Below are positions 20,703 through 30,989 of a DNA stretch of 64,000 nt, piece by piece. The DNA comes from Ignavibacteriota bacterium (lineage in GTDB: Bacteria > Bacteroidota > Ignavibacteria > Palsa-1295): assembly GCA_963787835.1 (NCBI GenBank), contig CAWBEI010000002.1, forward strand, positions 992,001 through 1,056,000, read 5' to 3'. Under the pieces are notes generated by a model that was not told the DNA's origin, did no database searches, and was given only the letters and a program-made list of their open reading frames with translations. A program made the position numbers and the translations under genes. Position 1 is the stretch's first letter; every line of letters starts with the position of its first letter.

Positions 20703-22571
20703 ATGGATTCCTCGAAGACGACGACAATCGGGATCATCCTCATTATCGTAGTCTTTGTAGGCTGGATGGTTTGGATGAACGCGGAGCAGGCGAAGCTCCC
20801 GAAACATGCACCTGTTGCTACTGCGGATACAACACACGTCAACGAAGCACCGCCGCTCACCCAACCCACCACGACGCCCGTTCCAGGAGCTCCTGCAGCA
20901 GGAGGCGCAAAGAACGATAGTTCCAACCGGTCGAGCCTGTTCGCCGTCACCACTACGACACCAGTCGCCATCAAGACGGTCGAAACGCCCTACTTCACTG
21001 CACAGGTTAGTTCCAATGGCGCTGCAATTTCGAGCTTTGTACTCAAGCAATACAAGACCTGGGATCAGAAGCCGGTCGAACTGGTAAATCATGAGCAGGG
21101 CCGAGGCGCCGATATCGATCTGAAGTTCGTTGCCTCCGATGGGAAGATCGTTGCTACGAATGATCTGCCATTTGCATTCGATACCAAGCCGCTCACGCTT
21201 GGTGCAGGAGATAGTTCCAGTTTTTCGGCACGGTACCAACTCGATAGCGCTCGCTGGATCGAAAAGATCTTTCACTTCTCCGGCAAAGGATATCTTATTG
21301 GCGTAGAATTCAAGCTTCATGGTCTTGAGAATTCCATCAGCGGGTATCATTACACGGCATCGTTGGACGACCCACTGCCGTACATCGAGAAACGCAGTGC
21401 CGATGAAACTTCCAGCGCCAAAGCCTTTGCCGGACAAGCCGGCGAGATGGAAGATCTTACCGTTTCCAAGCCCGGCGCACCGGCACATAAGGCCGTTAAT
21501 GGCGATATCACTTATGCCGGAATGCGGACACAGTATTTCGAGCAAGCGATCATTCCCGTCGGCGAAAAAACTGCCGGAGCGGATATTTCCGGCGTTGCTT
21601 CCCAAGGAGTCGATGGCGGGATCGTAGCCATGTATAACGCTTCGGTTAATATTCCGATCGGGCGAACTGCGGATGAGAAGGTAGCTTTTGAGCTTTATTT
21701 CGGACCGCTTGAATATGACCGTGTCGAAGCCCTTGGCGTAGGGCTAGAGCAGTCGATGAGCTTTGGCTGGGCCTTTATCGTCCGGCCGATCTCGATCCAT
21801 GTATTGCTTCCATTCTTCTTATGGCTGCATGGATTTATCTCGAATTGGGGCGTTGTGATCATCGTCTTCTCGATCGCGATCAAGGTGATCACGATACCGA
21901 CCTCCATGGGGCAGATGCGCTCGATGCAAAAGATGCGAGTCGTCCAACCGATGATGACGGAACTTCGCGAGAAATACAAGGACGACCCCAAAAAGATGAA
22001 CGAGGAGACCATGAAGTTGTATCGGACCTACGGCGTAAATCCAGCCGGTGGATGCCTCCCGATGCTTTTGCAAATGCCGATCCTGTTCGCGTTATATCAG
22101 GTGCTGAAGAATGTCATCCAACTCCGGCAGGCACCATTCGGATTGTGGATCACCGATCTTTCCATTCCCGATGCGCTCTTCCATTTCGGAACGAAACTTC
22201 CGCTTATTGGCGAACAAATGAGTGGGCTGACGCTCTTGCTCGTCGTCACGATGTTCGTTCAGCAGATGTTCACCGTAACGGATCCGCGCCAGAAGCAAAT
22301 GGCGTACATCATGCCGATCGTGTTCATCTTCATGTTCAACAATTTGCCTTCCGGTGTGGCGCTGTATTATTTCATGTTCAATATCTTCGGACTCGTGCAG
22401 CAATTCTATCTTACCAAGATCGCGACGCCACCAACGCTTGAAGAACTAAAAGCTGCGCCGAAAAAAGGCGGCGGCATGATGGCACGACTTCAGGACATGG
22501 AAAAACAGCAGCGCGAAACCCGCAAAGGACAGTATGCCGGTAAGGGGCTTCCGGGCGGGAAGAAGAAATAA
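20703..22571 (+). CDS. yidC: membrane protein insertase YidC
   Basis: Periplasmic domain, YFGP, NWGVVII, GVNPAGGCLPMLLQMP, WITDLS, PSGVALYY. Confidence 0.96.
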   Translation: MDSSKTTTIGIILIIVVFVGWMVWMNAEQAKLPKHAPVATADTTHVNEAPPLTQPTTTPVPGAPAAGGAKNDSSNRSSLFAVTTTTPVAIKTVETPYFTAQVSSNGAAISSFVLKQYKTWDQKPVELVNHEQGRGADIDLKFVASDGKIVATNDLPFAFDTKPLTLGAGDSSSFSARYQLDSARWIEKIFHFSGKGYLIGVEFKLHGLENSISGYHYTASLDDPLPYIEKRSADETSSAKAFAGQAGEMEDLTVSKPGAPAHKAVNGDITYAGMRTQYFEQAIIPVGEKTAGADISGVASQGVDGGIVAMYNASVNIPIGRTADEKVAFELYFGPLEYDRVEALGVGLEQSMSFGWAFIVRPISIHVLLPFFLWLHGFISNWGVVIIVFSIAIKVITIPTSMGQMRSMQKMRVVQPMMTELREKYKDDPKKMNEETMKLYRTYGVNPAGGCLPMLLQMPILFALYQVLKNVIQLRQAPFGLWITDLSIPDALFHFGTKLPLIGEQMSGLTLLLVVTMFVQQMFTVTDPRQKQMAYIMPIVFIFMFNNLPSGVALYYFMFNIFGLVQQFYLTKIATPPTLEELKAAPKKGGGMMARLQDMEKQQRETRKGQYAGKGLPGGKKK

Positions 22572-22682
22572 AGCCCTGCAGATATTTGAATGATTGTGCG
22601 TTCTTTCCAATAGAAAGGACACTAATACTTGTGTCAATCCTCGGTGAGCAACTTTGGGCCGCTCCATGTGTTCACCTATTAG

Positions 22683-23330
22683 ATGGAGACCCTCGAAATC
22701 GATCATAAGGCTCGCCCTGCGCCTGGCAGGGATCGCGATCGGGAAAATGCAGAAGATCTGGTGATCTTTCGTGAATTTCTCGCGGGCCTTGCTGAAGCAA
22801 AAAGCGAGGATGGTTCGCGCCGCGCTCAGGGAAATCATCAGGCCCGCGAAGCCTTCACGAAGATCTATCTTCGATACCGCGAGCGCATCTATGCGTACGC
22901 GCTGCGGGTGCTCTCGAATCCGGAGGATGCTGAGGATCTGTTCCAGGAAGTATTCTTCCGAGTCTATTCGCGGGCCAGATCCTTTGAAGAAGAAAGAAGT
23001 CTTGGAGGGTGGATCTTCACGATCGCGCATAATTTGTGTATGAATAAGATCCGCGACCGGAAACCGCAGGATGCGATCGAAGGGGCCGGCCTCGCGGTGG
23101 AACCCGCAGCAGATCTTGGCGAGGATTGGCAAGCGGTGATCGCAGATGCGATGGCGCGGCTGCCTGTGGAATACAGGGAAGTTATTATTCTTCGTGAATA
23201 TGAGGGACTAAGCTACTCCGAAATGAACTCCATATTGCAGACCACGATCCCATCGATCAAGAGCCGGTTGTATCGAGCCAAAGGAAGGCTCAGAGAATTG
23301 CTCGCACCCTATTATTTGCCGGAAAGGTAA
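22683..23330 (+). CDS. ECF RNA polymerase sigma factor
   Basis: DAEDLFQEVF region 2; LPVEYREVIILREYEGLSY..IKSRLYRAK region 4. Confidence 0.93.
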   Translation: METLEIDHKARPAPGRDRDRENAEDLVIFREFLAGLAEAKSEDGSRRAQGNHQAREAFTKIYLRYRERIYAYALRVLSNPEDAEDLFQEVFFRVYSRARSFEEERSLGGWIFTIAHNLCMNKIRDRKPQDAIEGAGLAVEPAADLGEDWQAVIADAMARLPVEYREVIILREYEGLSYSEMNSILQTTIPSIKSRLYRAKGRLRELLAPYYLPER

Positions 23331-23343
23331 TGCTACAAATTTT

Positions 23344-24672
23344 ATGACACTGAACGAACGGATATTAGATTTTCTCGATGGCTCGCTTCCCCCGGATGAT
23401 GAAGCAGAGCTATTGCATACGCTATCGGTCTCACCCGAAAAGCGCACCATGCTGCGCGGATTTATGGAGCAGCGTACGCTATTCACGCGCGATGCACAAT
23501 CGCTATCGGTGCCGTATGAAACCGAACAGCGCCTGTGGGCGCGAATGGATCGGGTGCTCCCCGTTAGCACGACCGAAGAACCGGCGACCGTTATTGTACC
23601 GGTCGAATCGAGCAGCATGGGTTTTCTCGCGCGCGCGTTTAGCGGCGGCACATCATCATCGATACGGGCTGCATTCAGTGCATTCACCCTTATTACAGGG
23701 ATCGGCATTGGGTATTTCGCAGGACATTCAACTTCGGTTCCATCTTCCGTTCTAAGAAATTCTGCTCAGGCAACGTCTGATTATTCAGCACCTCGGGATG
23801 TTGCGAGTTCCCATGAATCACCATCCACGCCCGTATTTCACCGCGTTCATCAGACCGTTGCTGCCAATAGCATCGCGCTTGCTGATCTCACCCCGACGGC
23901 TGTTGTGCCAATGCAAAATATTGCTGACCAAATTATTCCTGCCGAACCAAACGGAAGCGATTCGTCCGCTCCAGCGATCACGCCCGTTAATAATATAAAA
24001 ACTCCCGCCGTTCTGCTTGCAGATATTGGCGGCGATGGCGGCGGTAATCCTCCAATCTTGCATCATATTCGTGCCTCGAGAGAGCAGAGCACTTCGTTAA
24101 TCAGCCGTTTCGAATTTCGGGTCGATGAAAGTTTTGGCCGGCAGTTCCCGAACAGCATTGCCACAAATGTATCGCTGCCGATCATTACCAATACGTCAAT
24201 CACAACATTCTTTCAGGTGCTTCCGCATTCGAATTTATTTTGGGCAGGCGCGTCCTTCGGGTCAGCAAACATAACGCGTAAGGATCTTTTCACGCAAGCC
24301 GGCGACCCGATCGACCCATCACAGGATGTACTTGCGAGCGATACCTCCCATGCCCAGACCAGTTACGTGGCGGCACTTGCGGAACTTCGGCTGCCAGCAT
24401 TTGAAACGGCGGACCTGACGTTCACGGCCGGATACGGCCTGGCAACCTTGGGCCAAATGATGTTCGGTGAGATCGGTTTGCATTACGACGTTTCGAGTCA
24501 GGCTGGAATCCAGTGCGGACTTCGCGTGCTCCGGTTCACATACGATCTTACCGCAGAACGTAATGCGGCGATCGCGTCCGGAAATGGATCACTCGCTATT
24601 TCCAATGCTGTTGCGGCATCCAGCCCAAGTTTCAATACGGAACTTAATGCCGGACTATTCTTCCATTTTTAG
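23344..24672 (+). CDS. putative dual-membrane-spanning anti-sigma factor
   Basis: N-terminal anti-sigma-like helices (ILDFLDGSL), one TM, Ser/Pro-rich linker, beta-strand C-terminus ending in FHF. Confidence 0.65.
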   Translation: MTLNERILDFLDGSLPPDDEAELLHTLSVSPEKRTMLRGFMEQRTLFTRDAQSLSVPYETEQRLWARMDRVLPVSTTEEPATVIVPVESSSMGFLARAFSGGTSSSIRAAFSAFTLITGIGIGYFAGHSTSVPSSVLRNSAQATSDYSAPRDVASSHESPSTPVFHRVHQTVAANSIALADLTPTAVVPMQNIADQIIPAEPNGSDSSAPAITPVNNIKTPAVLLADIGGDGGGNPPILHHIRASREQSTSLISRFEFRVDESFGRQFPNSIATNVSLPIITNTSITTFFQVLPHSNLFWAGASFGSANITRKDLFTQAGDPIDPSQDVLASDTSHAQTSYVAALAELRLPAFETADLTFTAGYGLATLGQMMFGEIGLHYDVSSQAGIQCGLRVLRFTYDLTAERNAAIASGNGSLAISNAVAASSPSFNTELNAGLFFHF

Positions 24673-24673
24673 C

Positions 24674-25324
24674 ATGAGAATCCTTGGCATAAATCATTTG
24701 GTGAGATCGGCCCTTTGGGCCGAAGCAGTGTTCCTGCTGGCTGCTATGATATGCTTTGGCGGATGTGCTGTGAATGATGCTACGCCAGCACCTCAGGCGA
24801 CCGTTCAAAATAATTTTTTCCCGCTCGAGAATGGTCTGATCTATACCTACGGACGCACCACCAATTTTACCAACTACGACACGATCACCTGCAGGCTCAT
24901 CACGGAGCAACCACCGTTAATTCTACAGAATGAGCTCGAAGATACTGTGACGGACCGGCCATTCTACTACATTGCTTATTCCACAGACGCAGACGGGAAT
25001 CCGGAAGGAATTCTCTCGACCGATACTTCAACGCTCATCGCGCTCGATGGAAATCTTCAAGATAGCGCAACCTGGGTAGCCGATGAGACCCGTGGGATTC
25101 ATGCAACAGTCGTAGCGCAATATGATAGTTACTATCTTCCCGGCCGTCAGGAGGCATTTAACGATGTGCTCTGCATAGAGTACCATCAGGACGGGCTTCC
25201 AGCCGATACCTATACGCTCCGCTTTTTTGCACGCGGATATGGCCTTATCCTCGAACGTGAATTAGTGGGTCCCACCACTGAAATAGCGCGATTGCAACTA
25301 ATTAGCGTCCAGTACCCATCATAA
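24674..25324 (+). CDS. hypothetical lipoprotein
   Basis: FGGC lipobox; NFFPLENG and FFARGYGLI motifs. Confidence 0.65.
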   Translation: MRILGINHLVRSALWAEAVFLLAAMICFGGCAVNDATPAPQATVQNNFFPLENGLIYTYGRTTNFTNYDTITCRLITEQPPLILQNELEDTVTDRPFYYIAYSTDADGNPEGILSTDTSTLIALDGNLQDSATWVADETRGIHATVVAQYDSYYLPGRQEAFNDVLCIEYHQDGLPADTYTLRFFARGYGLILERELVGPTTEIARLQLISVQYPS

Positions 25325-25482
25325 GCCACGATTTACAAGATTTCGTGGATTTAGTAGGATTGATTTCGTAAAAGGAAGGTTTGTGTAGTTACTCATTGGG
25401 ATGTAACGATCACGCCCCCCATCCTGATAATCCGCAAAATCCATCCTTTCTTAATCCTTGAAATCCTGTAAATCGTGGCTTA
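25322..25482. repeat. 161-bp inverted-repeat (MITE-like) element
   Basis: TAAGCCACGATTTACAAGATTTC ... GAAATCCTGTAAATCGTGGCTTA. Confidence 0.7.
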
Positions 25483-25485
25483 ATC

Positions 25486-25719
25486 GTGGCTCTTTTTCGA
25501 AAATCTGCTAAAATAAAATACAGCGATCGCGCTCAAGGCCTTGCTGCAATGCTTCGCGGGGATTCTGTTGTCCTAAGAGTTTTGATCTTCATCGCGATGA
25601 GTTCGATCTTTTTTCTATTCCTGAAGATCACAGAAAAGAAAGTGCCAACTGGCCTTGCCCCGGATTCAACGGTGCAGCAAGTGACCGATGATACCGGATC
25701 GGCGAGCCATGGGAAATAA
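25486..25719 (+). CDS. small single-TM hypothetical protein
   Basis: One hydrophobic helix; co-oriented upstream of anmK. Confidence 0.45.
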   Translation: MALFRKSAKIKYSDRAQGLAAMLRGDSVVLRVLIFIAMSSIFFLFLKITEKKVPTGLAPDSTVQQVTDDTGSASHGK

Positions 25720-25752
25720 ATGTATTACGCTACACCGAATAATTAATTGAGA

Positions 25753-26886
25753 ATGAGTGCTGACATTTACCTTGGCATTATGTCGGGCACGAGTCTCGAT
25801 GGGATTGATGTCGCAGCATGCCGATTTTCTGGAAGGCAGATCGAACGCATTGCCTTTCATTCGGTCGAGTGGCCGCCTGAGCTTCGCGACCAGCTTATGG
25901 AATTTGCAACTGCGGAACAGGTAAATATCAACGACCTGGTTCGATCCCATTTCAAGCTTGCGCAGGAATATGCTTCTGCAATTCATGCAACATTATTGGT
26001 CTCCAACATTCCGGCTTCGATGATCCGGGCAATTGGTTTGCATGGGCAAACTGTTCGACATCTTCCCACGGGCCCAATTCCATCGACATTTCAACTTGGG
26101 TCGGGTGCAGCACTGGCGGCGATCACGAAGATCGATGTTGTAAGCGATTTCCGCGCAGCGGATATTGCGCTCGGCGGACAAGGCGCGCCGCTTATGCCTA
26201 TGTTCGATCATTATTTTCTCGTCAGCAATTCCGTTGACCGCCTTATAGTGAATATCGGCGGAATTGCGAATGTGACATGGCTACCCAAACATGCAAAACC
26301 TGGTGAGGTAATCGCCTTCGATTCCGGGCCTGGTAATATGTTGCTCGATGCCACGACTCGAAGGTATTTCGGAAAGCCGTTCGATGCGAATGGCAACATT
26401 GCTCGTTCCGGAAGCATTGATACCGATCTGCTCGAAGAATTTCTGTCACATCCTTATTTTGCAGTTCCTCCGCCAAAATCGACCGGTCGCGAACTTTTTT
26501 CTGAACGTTTTTTGGAAAACCTTAACGAAAAGATCGTGAAAGGAAAACTTGCTCCGGAAGATGCGCTTACAACATTGACAGAATTAACAGCCCGCTCGAT
26601 CCTGAAATCATTCGATGTCCTTCCGTTAAGTGCAGGCCACATTGAAATTATTGTGAGCGGAGGCGGAGCATTGAATGAGTATCTCCTCGATCGTCTGAGA
26701 ATCAATGCTCCTGAAAGTGCCAGCATTCTCACGTCTGATGCTGTTGGAATTCCGGAAAAGGCAAAAGAAGCAATCGCCTTTGCATTCTTCGCTCGTGCAT
26801 TTGTTGAATCGATTTCGATCCATCTTCCTGTAACGACCGGCGCTTCACATCCAACGGTCTTAGGCAGCTTAAGCAAAGGAAAATAA
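25753..26886 (+). CDS. anmK: anhydro-N-acetylmuramic acid kinase
   Basis: GIMSGTSLDGID, HGQTVRH, GGQGAPL, NIGGIAN, FDSGPGN, PPKSTGRE, KEAIAFA. Confidence 0.96.
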   Translation: MSADIYLGIMSGTSLDGIDVAACRFSGRQIERIAFHSVEWPPELRDQLMEFATAEQVNINDLVRSHFKLAQEYASAIHATLLVSNIPASMIRAIGLHGQTVRHLPTGPIPSTFQLGSGAALAAITKIDVVSDFRAADIALGGQGAPLMPMFDHYFLVSNSVDRLIVNIGGIANVTWLPKHAKPGEVIAFDSGPGNMLLDATTRRYFGKPFDANGNIARSGSIDTDLLEEFLSHPYFAVPPPKSTGRELFSERFLENLNEKIVKGKLAPEDALTTLTELTARSILKSFDVLPLSAGHIEIIVSGGGALNEYLLDRLRINAPESASILTSDAVGIPEKAKEAIAFAFFARAFVESISIHLPVTTGASHPTVLGSLSKGK

Positions 26887-27023
26887 GTTATTTAGAGAAT
26901 TCAAAGAAATTAATTTTTGTAATTCAAAAAAATTCTTTCGTGATTTTTTTAAAAACACTTGCTTTCGCATCCGAGATGTATTATACTGTGATAGAAGAGA
27001 ATTGCAATTTGATGTTCAAAGTT

Positions 27024-27032
27024 TGTGAATAA
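27024..27032 (-). promoter_or_regulatory. DnaA box upstream of dnaA
   Basis: TGTGAATAA = TTATTCACA on the minus strand, matching TTATNCACA. Confidence 0.6.
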
Positions 27033-27168
27033 GTCGGCATTGCTTGATGGGAAGCGTCGTTCGTGAACCGCGCAAAAACAAGAGCCGATTTATCGTAAAA
27101 AAATGAAACTTTTGGAAGGCATTTCTTAGCACAATTAAATCGTACTGTAACCCCCAAAAGACTCGAAC

Positions 27169-28989
27169 GTGACTCGCTCCGGCGAGTGTTTCTTTCTTGC
27201 ATCATTTATGACGAGAACGCCGTTCTCTTATGACACTCGGTCCCTATCTGATTTCAATCAGCAATCGAAGGGCCTAGCATCGACTACGATGCGAACGTCA
27301 ACAACGATGCAAGCATCGACTACGATGCGCTCAACTATGAATTCTGATATTGTTTCTATGTTTCCGGCTGACGAACATGCCGAAGTTCTAATCGACTTGC
27401 CTAATACTATCGTGACCACCCTGGATGAACCCGGCACTGCGGACACGAACGCTTCGACGAGCGAAGATGAGCGCGCGCACCTTAGAAACGCGGCCGAGCG
27501 GATCTGGCGCCGATGCCTCGATACCATTCGGCCTCAGCTTTCGGCTCAAACCATGCGGACATGGTTCGAGCCGCTTGAAGCGACCGCGCTCGAAGGTACA
27601 GAAATAACACTCCGCGCACCCAGCAGTTTTTTCTGCGAATGGATCGGCGAACATTATCAGGATATTCTCGAGCAATCGTTGCGCGATGTGCTTGGACCAC
27701 AAGCTAAGTTTCGTTTCGATACCGCAAGCGAAGTGGAGTCGGCAAACATAAAGTTACAGGCAACAGTGGATACTGCCCCAACGCTAGCAGCCCGTCCGGT
27801 TATCGAGCAACCGCATCCCGAGCAACCACGGCAACATCCGAATTCCGGTGGTTTCGGTACCCCAATTGCAAATAATACTTTTTCACAGCCCGCGCAGCGA
27901 CCCGGTTTTCCTACTGCGCCCACCAATGGACAACCGGCGGCAAAGCGGCCAGCGATCGAACCCAATCTCAATCCTCGATATACGTTCGATACATTCATCC
28001 GAGGAGAATCCAATAAACTGGCTTACGCGGCAGCCATGGCGGTTGCTAATAATCCTGGAGGAACTCGGTACAATCCGCTGGTGATCTATGGCACGGTCGG
28101 TCTGGGAAAAACACATCTGATTCAAGCGGTCGGCAACGCGGCTATTCAGAAATTTCCTTCCGCGAGAGTGCTTTATACCTCGAGCGACAAGTTTACCGTG
28201 GAATTCGTCGATTCCATTCAGAATAATCGTTCCAACGAGTTTCAGGCTCTCTACCGCTCCGTTGATCTTCTCATCGTCGATGACGTACAATTTTTCGCCG
28301 GTAAGGAAAGAACGCAGGATATTTTCTTCCACACGTTCAACGCACTGCGCGAGCTGGGAAAACAGATCATCCTTACCTGCGACCGTCCGCCTAAAGAACT
28401 GAAGGACATCGACGACCGCCTGCTTAACCGCCTCCAATGGGGACTTACCGCGGACATCGCTGCCCCCGATCTTGAAACACGCATTGCTATCTTGCGCCAT
28501 AAAGCCATTGCTGATGGCATCGAGCTTTCCGGCGAAGTGATCGAGTATCTTGCAACCAATATCACTGCGAATATCCGTGAACTTGAAGGATGCCTGATCT
28601 CGCTGCTTGCTATCTCTTCACTCGAAGGCCGGGAGCCTACGCTCGAACTCGCACGCGAGGTATTACGCAAGATCGCAAAACGCTCCGCGCCAATTCTTTC
28701 CATCGAAAGTATTCAGCGGCTCGTCTCGCGCAGGTTTGGTATTGAAGAAGAAGCTTTACGCGCAAAAACGCGACGGCAAGAAGTAGTCATCGCGCGGCAA
28801 GTTGCCATGTTCCTATGCAAGGAGCTGACGAACCACTCGCTGAAATCCATTGGTTTACATTTCGGCGGACGCGATCACTCGACCGTCATCTATGCCGTCC
28901 AGACGATTCAGGAAGACATGAAGCGCGACCCCACCATCGAGAAAAAGATCGAAGAACTTCGCCGGCAACTGGAAATGATGCAGGGGTGA
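27169..28989 (+). CDS. dnaA: chromosomal replication initiator DnaA (true start uncertain, possibly 27337)
   Basis: LNPRYTFDTF, YNPLVIYGTVGLGKTHL, DDVQF, NIRELEG, FGGRDHSTV. Confidence 0.97.
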   Translation: MTRSGECFFLASFMTRTPFSYDTRSLSDFNQQSKGLASTTMRTSTTMQASTTMRSTMNSDIVSMFPADEHAEVLIDLPNTIVTTLDEPGTADTNASTSEDERAHLRNAAERIWRRCLDTIRPQLSAQTMRTWFEPLEATALEGTEITLRAPSSFFCEWIGEHYQDILEQSLRDVLGPQAKFRFDTASEVESANIKLQATVDTAPTLAARPVIEQPHPEQPRQHPNSGGFGTPIANNTFSQPAQRPGFPTAPTNGQPAAKRPAIEPNLNPRYTFDTFIRGESNKLAYAAAMAVANNPGGTRYNPLVIYGTVGLGKTHLIQAVGNAAIQKFPSARVLYTSSDKFTVEFVDSIQNNRSNEFQALYRSVDLLIVDDVQFFAGKERTQDIFFHTFNALRELGKQIILTCDRPPKELKDIDDRLLNRLQWGLTADIAAPDLETRIAILRHKAIADGIELSGEVIEYLATNITANIRELEGCLISLLAISSLEGREPTLELAREVLRKIAKRSAPILSIESIQRLVSRRFGIEEEALRAKTRRQEVVIARQVAMFLCKELTNHSLKSIGLHFGGRDHSTVIYAVQTIQEDMKRDPTIEKKIEELRRQLEMMQG

Positions 28990-28992
28990 GTG

Positions 28993-30963
28993 CTACCGCC
29001 GCACAATAACCCGCTCACTAAAAACCCCCGCAGCCGATCGTATTCGAAGTGTGTACATGCCGTCCGACTGTGGAAGAGCAAGTTGAGCGGGTACATTTGC
29101 ATGAAGTGTCACTGCTGTTTGAGATCGCTCAGTGCCGAGCATGTCATAGATTTCAACAGTTGCGTCACCGAGATCTAAAGATGACGAAAGAAGAACTTCG
29201 CCACTGCTTGGATTCGGGTGAATGCTAAGTGTAACGTGCCCTGTCGTCATAAGCTCTGAAATAAGCTGTGTGCCGCATCCTTGCACAGGAGTGATCGTGC
29301 TTGAGACGGGAGGCGGAACCTGGTATTTGCAGCCTGCGGCCTGGATCTGGACCGAATCGAACGTTACCACGGGCTTGGATGAGGAATCCGAAAACACATT
29401 GAACCGTGCATATCCGGCAATGACACCGGATCGGACATTCGTAAGGTGCAGCATGGACCGTCCCTGCCATTCTTCGCCGGCAATATCAATTTTCGCTCCC
29501 AACAGATCGACGGAACTATCATAAACCACATCGCCCGTGTAATGCATCACAACATCGACGTTCTCCGCCCTAAGCAGACCGTTAAACTGGATGGGTACGC
29601 TAACCGTAGCGCCGATCGTATCCGTTTTTTGATCCGCAGTTGACATGGTTAATGGATTATTGCCACCGATACTGTTCCCGCCAAGCGCAACGGTATCGGT
29701 GGTTCCATCTCCCAGCGTAAGGATCAGCATAGACTGATGCGCTCCAAGATCCGCTGGCTCAAAAAGGACTGTAATGGAACCGGCTCCGATCGAAATAAGC
29801 CGATAGCTCAACGAATCGCCGCCTACGATCTGAGCGCTCGCAACAAATGGCGGAACACAACCGAAACTCTGAGTAATGATAGTTCCGGTCGCCGAATCAC
29901 CGCAGGCAAGGGTATCGGTCGAGAACAGCGAGTGTGTCGAAAGTGTAAGAGTGCCTAGCCCGGGTTGCAGTGTTACGCTATCGCCGCCGCTATTATTGGT
30001 TCGCCAAATATTCCCAAGCGTATCTGCGGCTATGATGATATTGTCGTTAATGGCAGAGATAAGCCGGGTATCCCAGGTCACAGATGGGCCGCCGATCGAT
30101 TTCCATGTAAGGCCTTTATCGAGCGAACGAAAGATGCCGTTGGCGACCGTTGGGCAATAGACAGATTGCTTGCCTGCGGCAACCGATCCCGAAAAATAGG
30201 GTTCAAGATTCTGTGCTACGACCAGCCAACTATTGCCAAGATCCGTTGTAAGATAGATCTTAGAAAATACATCGGTCGGTTTGGCCGCGTCTTCGTGACT
30301 GACATAGATGCGATTGGGATCGCAGGAATCAGGAGCGAAAGAATAAGAATCCCAATCGATACTTGAGACACCATACGACCAAGTTACACCCTCATCGTTG
30401 GTCCATGTCAGAGCCCCTCCAGCTTTACTTCCCTCATAAAAAAAGAGTGTTCCCTTAGCGGGTGATGATTCCCAGGAACGGCGAACGCAAAATCCTTGCC
30501 CAGAAGCAGCGTGGTGTATCCACGTAATACCGCCATCGGTGCTGACGGCAAGCGTACCGGAGCCGAAGATCTCCGCGAGACCTATCGTGAGCGAATCTTT
30601 ACCAAAGCATCCAGAATATGCTCCAGACTCGAAGCCAAGTGATCTGAGCGAATCCCCTCCGTTCGACGTAAGATACGTTTCGGAAACAGATGAGATAATG
30701 CCGTGCAGCGAATCGATAAAATCCACATCATGCACCATGCCAATGTTATTATTGACCTCAGTCCACGTAAGCCCAGTATCGAGCGACTTATATAGTTTAT
30801 CCGCCGCGATCCACACCACCCCATCTCGGAAGCACATAGCATTGCCCAGGTTCTGGCTCGGAATTAAATTAGGCGCGACGATCCTCCATTGCGCATGGAT
30901 ATCCCCACTCACCGCCATCAGGAGCGTCAAAATAATGAATAAGGATTTTCGTACCGTCATCAA
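28993..30963 (-). CDS. secreted BNR/Asp-box beta-propeller protein with T9SS CTD
   Basis: Repeated SxDxGxTW motifs; IHPNPS...IYDMLG CTD. Confidence 0.85.
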   Translation of the reverse strand: MMTVRKSLFIILTLLMAVSGDIHAQWRIVAPNLIPSQNLGNAMCFRDGVVWIAADKLYKSLDTGLTWTEVNNNIGMVHDVDFIDSLHGIISSVSETYLTSNGGDSLRSLGFESGAYSGCFGKDSLTIGLAEIFGSGTLAVSTDGGITWIHHAASGQGFCVRRSWESSPAKGTLFFYEGSKAGGALTWTNDEGVTWSYGVSSIDWDSYSFAPDSCDPNRIYVSHEDAAKPTDVFSKIYLTTDLGNSWLVVAQNLEPYFSGSVAAGKQSVYCPTVANGIFRSLDKGLTWKSIGGPSVTWDTRLISAINDNIIIAADTLGNIWRTNNSGGDSVTLQPGLGTLTLSTHSLFSTDTLACGDSATGTIITQSFGCVPPFVASAQIVGGDSLSYRLISIGAGSITVLFEPADLGAHQSMLILTLGDGTTDTVALGGNSIGGNNPLTMSTADQKTDTIGATVSVPIQFNGLLRAENVDVVMHYTGDVVYDSSVDLLGAKIDIAGEEWQGRSMLHLTNVRSGVIAGYARFNVFSDSSSKPVVTFDSVQIQAAGCKYQVPPPVSSTITPVQGCGTQLISELMTTGHVTLSIHPNPSSGEVLLSSSLDLGDATVEIYDMLGTERSQTAVTLHANVPAQLALPQSDGMYTLRIRSAAGVFSERVIVRR

Positions 30964-30989
30964 ATGTTAGTTTGTGCAACCATTGATCT

